Positions 57,501 through 64,000 of a DNA stretch of 64,000 nt are shown one piece after another (position 1 is the stretch's first letter; the number at the start of each line of letters is the position of its first letter). Source of the stretch: Escherichia coli (GTDB taxonomy: Bacteria; Pseudomonadota; Gammaproteobacteria; Enterobacterales; Enterobacteriaceae). The notes under the pieces were generated by a model, which saw only the letters and a program-made list of their open reading frames with translations, searched no databases and was not told the DNA's origin. The translations under genes were made by a program, and so were the position numbers. The stretch lies in the NCBI RefSeq assembly GCF_003018255.1, contig NZ_CP027440.1; one strand, given 5' to 3'.

Positions 57501-57879
57501 CCGTAAAATGAACGGATACACCTACACGCTCAGGGAAAACGGGATGCCTTATGCTGGCGTTATTGCACAGGAAGTAATGGAGGCGATACCAGAAGCTGTG
57601 GGATCGTTTACTCATTACGGTGAAGAGTTGCAGGGACCAACGGTTGACGGCAATGAATTACGTGAAGAAACACGTTATCTGAATGTTGACTACGCCGCCG
57701 TGACGGGGTTACTTGTTCAGGTCGCCCGTGAAACAGATGGTCGCGTTACCGCGCTGGAAGAGGAAAACATAACGCTACGTAAAAATCTGGCAACAGCAGG
57801 CACCCGGATCAGCACTCTGGAAAATCAGGTAAGCGAACTGGTTGCACTTGTCGGGCAGTTAACAGGAAGCGAACATTGA
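54568..57879 (+). CDS. stf: Side tail fiber protein (lambda Stf-like N-terminus, Ala/Ser/Thr-rich repeat shaft, C-terminal intramolecular-chaperone/S74-like domain)
   Basis: 1103-aa ORF; N-terminus MAVKISGVLKDGAGKPVQNCTIQLKAK...; SETNA-type repeats across 55050-55620; C-terminus SSDRDLKDDILVISDATKAIRKMNGYTY plus coiled coil. Confidence 0.85.
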   Translation: MNMAVKISGVLKDGAGKPVQNCTIQLKAKRNSTTVVVNTVASENPDEAGRYSMDVEYGQYSVILLVEGFPPSHAGTITVYEDSRPGTLNDFLGAMTEDDARPEALRRFELMVEEVARNASAVAQNTAAAKKSASDASTSAREAATHATDAADSARAASTSAGQAASSAQSASSSAGTASTKATEASKSAAAAESSKSAAATSAGAAKTSETNAAASQQSAATSASTATTKASEAATSARDASASKEAAKSSETNASSSASSAASSATAAGNSAKAAKTSETNADNSAQAAADSQTASANSATAAKKSETNAKNSEAAAKSSETNAKASETNAKSSETNAAKSAADALNYRNQAQVIVGDNIGLGEVAMTCTDISVEPSGYIGFVRIYISAKGYPSVASSAGDNLISGYIVRSEVSTKRYSGLFVGSDTKSLYSYIYSQSSGPQWIRHTRRDELSRFGQNESTTRMYGPTGDRFFEIHTNGSWGVYDSSSGQWSPLGLAQGGTGGRTIEQARANLRVMYEQKAGLANTDLNTLTGEYSGFYQQPTSAYATEELNYPIGLAGALIVLQTRANTASSCVQVYYPYNNPGITYRRIYEGGSGTWSEWKRDVSTERVEEGKETTYVYSTYSSGAPRLQVSKSGLWGCHNGTGWLPLAVGQGGTGATTVEDARNNLSLGESSAVKFKNLTLTEALDTTLGLLTKTGRDWNTQHTDNINKFIPIAGSTNGPAGSMVLGGIHVQFSKNYAVQFGGRNSGFWGRTIENGTTQEWKKLLTVDDLNSSTDLAVRSLTTSNPVKSGGGRIDVLGSTSDYSKMDCFVRGFDSTGNSLAWALGSSVGVSKMLSLKNFFSGAEILLNGNDGAVQLKTGAVNGAKAQALTINKDEVNSTVDLTLTKQTGTGNRFVLQNLGNTELSFAAKVWGSSDRQNVFEVGTSAAYLFYAQKTSAGQLFDVNGAINCTTLNQSSDRDLKDDILVISDATKAIRKMNGYTYTLRENGMPYAGVIAQEVMEAIPEAVGSFTHYGEELQGPTVDGNELREETRYLNVDYAAVTGLLVQVARETDGRVTALEEENITLRKNLATAGTRISTLENQVSELVALVGQLTGSEH

Positions 57880-57930
57880 TATCCTTCAAGCCCTGAAGGA
57901 GGCTGTTCCTGGTACGTTCAGACTGTTGTT

Positions 57931-58086
57931 GAGCTGGAAATCGCAACGGAGGAAGAAACTTCGTTGCTGGAAGTCTGGAAAAAGTATCGGGTGTTGCTGA
58001 ACCGTGTTGATACATCAACTGCACCTGATGTTGATTGGCCAGCAGCACCGAAGTGTAATTCATTAGAACTCATCACCTGTGAATAA
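57931..58086 (+). pseudogene. tfa: tfa (tail fiber assembly protein) 3' remnant, copy 1
   Basis: Frame 57883-58086 translates ...[50 protein letters not shown], matching the last about 40 aa of lambda Tfa; no N-terminal part. Confidence 0.6.
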
Positions 58087-58689
58087 TATCTGTTTTTGAG
58101 TAAGTTAGTAATAATCACTTAAATGTGTTATGAGTTTGTTGAGGCGTGATTTGCAATAGGATAGAGAGTACGATTATGGATTGAGAATAAGAAAGCGCCA
58201 TGAAAGAGTTTCATGGCGAGTACATAAACGTACAAAATATGATGAAAGTAGAGTGGCATAAGCCACTATGTTAACTTATAGCAATAGGGAAGATAAGTAA
58301 ATAATATTTCTTGAGTATAGTGTAAGTCGTTCATTGTAAAGCGTTAATGTTATCTATATTGTTTATCTTAAAATAAGGTGTATAAACCAAACTTTTGAGC
58401 TAAAAGTTTAAAGAGTATTAGTGCAAAAATAATGTTTAATAAGATAATCAATTTGCTTTGTATCTTCATTTCGAAAGATTGCTAAGTAACGTTAATTACC
58501 AAAACGATAGATCAGAATTATCTTAGAGTCAATGACTTTAGGTTTGTTTATAATGTAAATATTTTCTATTTGTTATAAGTTTTCTTAATATAGTCACCCA
58601 TGCAACTTGTTCCGTGTGGAGATTAAAGGTTAAAATTTAATGCGAAGATGGAATTATATTATATTTGTTATAATTAATTTAACCTTAAC

Positions 58690-58785
58690 ATCGTTGCTGG
58701 CGGCATGGAAGAAATATCGGGTCTTGCTGATGTCGTGTTGGCACTTCCTTAGTGCCGGATATCGAGTGGCCAGCTGCACCTATAG
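58690..58785 (+). pseudogene. tfa: tfa 3' remnant, copy 2 (frameshifted)
   Basis: [13 protein letters not shown] and, in another frame, PDIEWPAAP; diverged paralog of the 57931-58086 fragment. Confidence 0.5.
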
Positions 58786-58987
58786 GGTAAAAATATAGTT
58801 CTATATGGGAGCGCTATTTTTACAATATAAATGCTGAACGGAAGAATCTAACCAGTTACAAAAAACATAGTTATGTAATCCAGTTGCCTGGGCATGCGTG
58901 TGATGTTGATAGCTATTACTGTATCTTCCGTTCACTTACCTTATTGTGAACAGTTATATATAATTTGATCTGCTCTTATTCAGCCTG

Positions 58988-60190
58988 CTAGGCTGCTGTA
59001 AATCTTCGATACTTTCTTAACATAAAGATCATGATTAGAATAATTGAAAGTAAGTAAACAATCCAAATGGTGATATTTCGTTCAATTAAAAAGCTACCAA
59101 TTCCGCCGATCACTGAAGGAATCACCAGAGAAGCGGCCCCCATTAACGCAGATGTGGCACCCAGACTGGTACGTTGGCTGGACATAGTTAGGTAAGTATA
59201 AAGTGATTCGAACATACCTCCGGCAAACATCAAAACAATGAAGAATAATATAAAAACATTGACATGATGAACGAATATTATTAGCGGAGTGCACAATACG
59301 ATAAATGAAGCAATGAGCTTCAGCCATAAACTCAAAATTTGTGGTGCAGACCGCTTCTTAAGTAGTTTACCTGATAGTGCTGCTCCCAGCAGAAGGAATC
59401 CTCCAATAATTGATGAGATAACACCAAATTGCGTAGATGAGTATCCATACTTAACCATCAAAATAAATGGGGAAGCTGTGACATAACAATAAATTAGAGA
59501 GAATGAAAGTCCAAGAGAAAGGCAAGGTAGATAAAATCTTGGTTGCTTACTTATCTCTTTGTACGTAAGAAATGATGATTTTAGTGAATATGTAATCCGT
59601 TTTTTATGACTGAGTGTTTCAGGGAAGTTAAAATAGACATACGTTAATGTTACAACAGAATATCCTAATATCATTAGAAAAATTGCACGCCATCCCCATA
59701 CATCATTAATTATTCCTCCCAGCAGTGGAGAAGCAATAGGCACGACACCTTCAATAGTTATGATAATAGCGTACAGTGTAGCAGCCACTGAACCGCGTGT
59801 TACATCACGAACGGCACTAATTGCTGTAACCAGAGTTATTGATATAGAAAGCCCCTGTATGATGCGTATTGTAAGAAACGTACCCAATCCGGTCGAGAGT
59901 GTGAGGCAATATGTTGTCACACAATAAATAATAGCACCTGAAAGCATAATTCTTCGACGACCAATAGAATCAGATAATGGGCCAAAAATTAGCTGTCCAA
60001 AACCTATACAAAGGGTATAAACCATGATAGACAATTGCATGGACGGGATGTTTTGTCTAAATTCTTTTGCGATGTCAGGAATTGAAGGCAAATAAGTGTC
60101 CACACCTAGAATGCCCATAATAGTCAGCAGCGATAGGCCAATAGTAAAGAAAAGTATATTCTTTCTGTGAATAACAACTTGTGATTTCAT
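58988..60190 (-). CDS. MFS transporter, 12-TMS DHA1-like (Bcr/CflA-type) exporter; AT-rich
   Basis: 400-aa polytopic ORF with MFS motif region (GPLSDSIGRRRIMLSG); strongly AT-rich codon usage relative to the core genes. Confidence 0.75.
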   Translation of the reverse strand: MKSQVVIHRKNILFFTIGLSLLTIMGILGVDTYLPSIPDIAKEFRQNIPSMQLSIMVYTLCIGFGQLIFGPLSDSIGRRRIMLSGAIIYCVTTYCLTLSTGLGTFLTIRIIQGLSISITLVTAISAVRDVTRGSVAATLYAIIITIEGVVPIASPLLGGIINDVWGWRAIFLMILGYSVVTLTYVYFNFPETLSHKKRITYSLKSSFLTYKEISKQPRFYLPCLSLGLSFSLIYCYVTASPFILMVKYGYSSTQFGVISSIIGGFLLLGAALSGKLLKKRSAPQILSLWLKLIASFIVLCTPLIIFVHHVNVFILFFIVLMFAGGMFESLYTYLTMSSQRTSLGATSALMGAASLVIPSVIGGIGSFLIERNITIWIVYLLSIILIMIFMLRKYRRFTAA

Positions 60191-60952
60191 TATTTATCAC
60201 CATGAATAAATTAAAAGAATGAAAAAAACTCCATTTAAATGGAAGGAGGTGGATAATTATCGTGTAGGCAATACAACAGAGTTGAAAAGAACTGTCAAAC
60301 TTTTAACTCAAAAAAGTGAGATGTGAATCACAGACATAAAAATCATCTTTTTCAGCCCTATGGTTCAGTTAAATTTGATTGTTATCGTACGAAGGTTTGA
60401 ACGTGTGTGTGCGTATGCGGTATTTTTTCTTGCGAGTGCCGGAGTTATGAGAGCGTTGTATTAACCTTCATAATCTGACCTATTCAATTGATTCCAGTAC
60501 ACCAATGGGTATTTTGGTGTTATGGTATGTGACTCCAAATAAAATGGAGCGTGAACTGATAGTTGTGCGAACAAAAGTCGGACTAGAAACCGCTCGGGTA
60601 CAGTGGCGAATTGGAGTTGGCGACCCAAACTGACCTAGGAACAATCGTTGCAGATCGGACGATTAATTTCATCAGAAATTCCTCGCTAAAAGGTGGCTAT
60701 CACTGTGATGTTAACGTATCTAATTTGTACAAGAAATTTCTGCGGGGGAAAATGAAACCGCAGACTCGTTGTATGCAAAAACGTGCTGCGGCTAACTGGT
60801 GAACTTTCGATAGTGCGGGTATTGAATGATTTCTAGGCGTTATCGATTTTACGTATTTTTTGCATGATAGAATTCGTACCTCCTCCCAACGACCTTCCAT
60901 GGCTTTCCGGACTTCTGTAGGCCGGCGGACGATGCTGTCCTCGGATGTTGTG

Positions 60953-61810
60953 CTAATTGGGTGATAACAGATCCTGTGTATGGGAGTTTCCCTTTGTGCG
61001 TGCGTTGATGCTGGTAACGGTAAACGTCATGATGAACACGACCGCGAATAAGACGACAATCGTCGGAGCTGGTGCGCTGTCGATAAAAAAGGACAACCAG
61101 ACACCAGTCATTGACACTATTACCGATATGCCAGTCGCCAGTAGGAGCGCAATATGAAAGCGTTGTGTCAGGAGTACCGCAATGGCGCCAGGCGCTATGA
61201 GCAGAGAAATGGAGAGAATGATACCTACCGCTTTCAGCGTCGCCACAATGGTCAGAGAGACCATGCACAGCAGCCCATAATGCAGCCATCTCGTATGCAA
61301 ACCGCTTACCTGCGCCTGTTGATAATCAAAGCTGAACAGCAAAAAATCCCGCCATTTTACGCTAATAACAAGTGTAACCAGCCCGGCAATAATCATCGTC
61401 TGGATTATATCGCCGATGGTTATCCCGAGCATGTCGCCGAAAAGAATATGGTCAAGATGTACGTCTGGTTTGACTGCAATATACAAGATCAGACCTGCGG
61501 CAAACATGCCAGAAAAAACAATCCCCATCACTGTATCTTGCTTGATTCGGCTGTTGTCTTTCAGGTATCCCGTCGCCACCGCGCAGAATACTCCGGCGAC
61601 GAATGCCCCTGTAGCTAAAGGTAACCCCAGAATCCAGGCAAGCACGATGCCAGGAAAAACTGCATGACTCATCGCGTCACCCATCAGTGCCCAACCTTTC
61701 AGGACCAGAAAGACCGACAGCAGCGCACAGGGTATGGAAACTACCAGTGAAATCAGCAGTGCGTGACTCATAAAGGTGAACTGCAGTGGCTCCAGTAATA
61801 ATGCCATCAT
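60953..61810 (-). CDS. sitD: Mn/Fe ABC transporter permease SitD
   Basis: 285-aa polytopic ORF, last gene of the sit operon. Confidence 0.85.
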   Translation of the reverse strand: MMALLLEPLQFTFMSHALLISLVVSIPCALLSVFLVLKGWALMGDAMSHAVFPGIVLAWILGLPLATGAFVAGVFCAVATGYLKDNSRIKQDTVMGIVFSGMFAAGLILYIAVKPDVHLDHILFGDMLGITIGDIIQTMIIAGLVTLVISVKWRDFLLFSFDYQQAQVSGLHTRWLHYGLLCMVSLTIVATLKAVGIILSISLLIAPGAIAVLLTQRFHIALLLATGISVIVSMTGVWLSFFIDSAPAPTIVVLFAVVFIMTFTVTSINARTKGNSHTQDLLSPN

Positions 61811-62664
61811 GAGCGATCCTCCAGCGCCTTATGCGCACGCCGACGATTTGCCAAAAGCCCATGGGTGGGCGCAAAGACAAATGCTAAAAGAAACAGCAGT
61901 GTCTGCGCCACCACGATGATTCCACCTGTCGCGCCGTCCAGAAAGTAACTGACCCACGAGCCGAGGAAACTGGTTACACTGCCAATAGTTACAGCAATCA
62001 TGAGCAGGCGGGGAAAACGATCGGTTAACAACCATGCTGTTGCACCGGGAGTCACCACCAGACAGATCACCAGAAAGGCACCAACCGTTTGCAGCGCCGC
62101 AACGGTCGAAACCGACAGCAGGGTGAAGAAGAGGAGTTTTAATCTGCCCGGATGCAATCCAATAGCACGGGCGTGATTCTCGTCGAAAAAGGTCACCATA
62201 AGATCTTTCCATTTGAAAAAAAGCACGATGATCGAGAGAATGCCAATGATAGTGAGTTGCAGGATATCCGCCGGATCGATTGCCAGAATATTGCCCAGGA
62301 CGATGGTCTGAATGTTCACAGATGTCGGGTTCAATGACACCATAAACAGCCCCAGGCCAAAAAAGGATGAGAAGATCAGGCCGATGATGGCATCTTCTTT
62401 TAAGCGGGTGCGTTGGTTAAGAAACAGCATGCTGCCCGCAGCCAGTCCGCCGGAAAAGAAGGCTCCCAGAGAAAACGGAAGCCCCAGCATATATGCTCCC
62501 GCAACACCCGGGACAATAGAGTGCGACAACGCATCGCCAATCAGCGACCAGCCTTTTAGCATCAGATAGCATGACAGGAAAGCGCAGAGACCGCCGACCA
62601 TCGCCGAGACCCACATCGCATTGAGCATATATTCATAGCTGAAGGGTTCCAGTAGCACGTTCAT
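61807..62664 (-). CDS. sitC: Mn/Fe ABC transporter permease SitC
   Basis: 285-aa polytopic ORF overlapping sitD by 4 nt. Confidence 0.85.
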   Translation of the reverse strand: MNVLLEPFSYEYMLNAMWVSAMVGGLCAFLSCYLMLKGWSLIGDALSHSIVPGVAGAYMLGLPFSLGAFFSGGLAAGSMLFLNQRTRLKEDAIIGLIFSSFFGLGLFMVSLNPTSVNIQTIVLGNILAIDPADILQLTIIGILSIIVLFFKWKDLMVTFFDENHARAIGLHPGRLKLLFFTLLSVSTVAALQTVGAFLVICLVVTPGATAWLLTDRFPRLLMIAVTIGSVTSFLGSWVSYFLDGATGGIIVVAQTLLFLLAFVFAPTHGLLANRRRAHKALEDRS

Positions 62665-63488
62665 CTTTCTTCCCTCTGCACCGCTGACGGTCGATGAGCC
62701 ACAAAAGGGCGTTCATCGTCAGTAATAATGCTTTCTTCCGAGCCGTTAAGTGTGACATGGCGCAGTACGCCGCTAAAAGCCAGCTCCAGGTTCTCGGCTG
62801 TAAAAGTGGTGTCTGTCGGCCCGCTTGCCAGGACGGTGCCTTTGACCATGACCGTATAATCGCAAAATGTCGTGACGGATCCGAGATTGTGTGTTGAGAC
62901 AAGCATCGTTTTGCCTTCCGCGCGTAACTCCCTCAACAGGCTGATGATTTTGGCTTCGGTTTTCACATCAACGCCAGTAAAAGGTTCATCCAGCAGGATC
63001 ACATCACCCTGCTGTGCAATCGCTCTCGCCAGAAAGACGCGTTTCTTTTGTCCACCGGAAAGCTCGCCGATTTGTCGATGGCGAAAATTCACCATATCGA
63101 CACGTTCCAGCGCATCGGTGACAATTTGACGATCCCTCTTTTTGGCGATACGCAACATACCCATATGCCCATAGCGGCCCATCATCACCACATCTTCCAC
63201 CAGTACAGGAAATGACCAGTCAACCTCTTCTGACTGAGGGACGTAGGCAACCAGGTTTTTCTGTAACGCCTGTCGCGTGGGAATACCCAGAACAGATATC
63301 TTTCCGCTGGTCAGACGCACAAATCCCATAATCGCTTTAAACAACGTCGATTTTCCGGAACCGTTTACCCCAACCAGAGCGGCAATAGATCCACTTGGTA
63401 CTGTGAAGGATGCATCGCGCAGTGCTGTGTGCCCGTTACGCCAGGTGACAGTAACATCATTAACGACAATGCCTGCAGATTGCATCAT
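62661..63488 (-). CDS. sitB: Mn/Fe ABC transporter ATP-binding protein SitB
   Basis: 275-aa ORF with Walker [10 protein letters not shown], signature LSGGQKKRV, Walker [12 protein letters not shown]. Confidence 0.88.
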   Translation of the reverse strand: MMQSAGIVVNDVTVTWRNGHTALRDASFTVPSGSIAALVGVNGSGKSTLFKAIMGFVRLTSGKISVLGIPTRQALQKNLVAYVPQSEEVDWSFPVLVEDVVMMGRYGHMGMLRIAKKRDRQIVTDALERVDMVNFRHRQIGELSGGQKKRVFLARAIAQQGDVILLDEPFTGVDVKTEAKIISLLRELRAEGKTMLVSTHNLGSVTTFCDYTVMVKGTVLASGPTDTTFTAENLELAFSGVLRHVTLNGSEESIITDDERPFVAHRPSAVQREER

Positions 63489-64000
63489 TATTTCTCCCTT
63501 TTCCCGGCTTTAATTCCCTGTACCAGCGTACTGGTAGTAACCTTAAGAAGGTCGATATACGTCGGTACCGGGCCGTTTTCTGTGCTCAGGGAATCGACAT
63601 AGAGCACACCGCCGTAGTGTGCGCCGGTTTCACGCGCAACCTGACGCGCTGGTTTATCGGAAATCGTACTCTCGCTAAAGACTGCCGGGATATGATTTTT
63701 CTTAACTATATCAACAACCTTACGTACCTGTTGCGGTGTTCCTTGTTGATCGGCATTAATCGGCCACAGATAAAGCTCTTTTAGCCCCAAATCGCGTGCG
63801 AGATAAGAAAAAGCCCCTTCACTGGTGACCATCCACCGCTGATTCTCAGGGAGTTCCGTAATCTGCTTACGCAGGGGGGCAAGGGTTTGGGTAATCTTGG
63901 CTTTATAAGTATCGGCATTACGTTGGTAGGTTTGTGCATTAGCGGGATCGTATTTTATCAACGCATCACGAATATTATCGACGTAAATCAGAGCATTATC
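63488..64000 (-). CDS. sitA: Mn/Fe ABC transporter periplasmic binding protein SitA, C-terminal part only; 5' end beyond the window end
   Basis: Minus-strand frame open to the window edge; cluster A-I SBP sequence; stop overlaps the sitB ATG (ATGA). Confidence 0.8.
   Translation of the reverse strand, partial: DNALIYVDNIRDALIKYDPANAQTYQRNADTYKAKITQTLAPLRKQITELPENQRWMVTSEGAFSYLARDLGLKELYLWPINADQQGTPQQVRKVVDIVKKNHIPAVFSESTISDKPARQVARETGAHYGGVLYVDSLSTENGPVPTYIDLLKVTTSTLVQGIKAGKREK

Noticed and set aside
60849-61289. 146-aa minus-strand ORF overlapping the 3' end of sitD
   Set aside because: It is an alternative frame of the sitD coding region, and sitD is clearly the real gene.

Overview
This window reads as Escherichia coli chromosome, collinear with the K-12 puu-psp-ycj-tyrR-fnr-ogt-ttcA region, but from a non-K-12 strain. 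All calls are from reading the sequence and recalled protein sequences; no database search was run. Core content, left to right: puuP (partial), puuA, puuDRCBE, pspF, pspABCDE, ycjMNOPQRSTUV-ompG, ycjW, ycjX-ycjF, tyrR, tpx, ycjG, mpaA, ymjC, ycjY, pgrR(ycjZ), mppA, ynaI, ynaJ, uspE, fnr, ogt, the McaS sRNA, smrA, dgcM, zntB, dbpA and ttcA. Three things differ from the K-12 layout as I recall it: (1) abgABT-abgR appears deleted, leaving only a short abgT 3' remnant beside ogt; (2) a low-GC AraC regulator plus HlyD/MFS (EmrAB-like) efflux module sits between mcaS and smrA; (3) the Rac-type prophage at ttcA is heavily deleted, with intR-xis-ydaC-lar followed by a recT 3' fragment abutting a lambda J 3' fragment, then lom, a long side tail fiber and two tfa 3' remnants, followed by an AT-rich MFS transporter gene and sitDCBA (sitA partial at the window end). 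No rRNA, tRNA or CRISPR array was seen. I did not find convincing evidence of a wholly new biological system; the most promising candidates are the AraC/HlyD/MFS module, the self-chaperoning tail fiber, and the prophage cargo (MFS + sit) with its unannotated 760-bp spacer.
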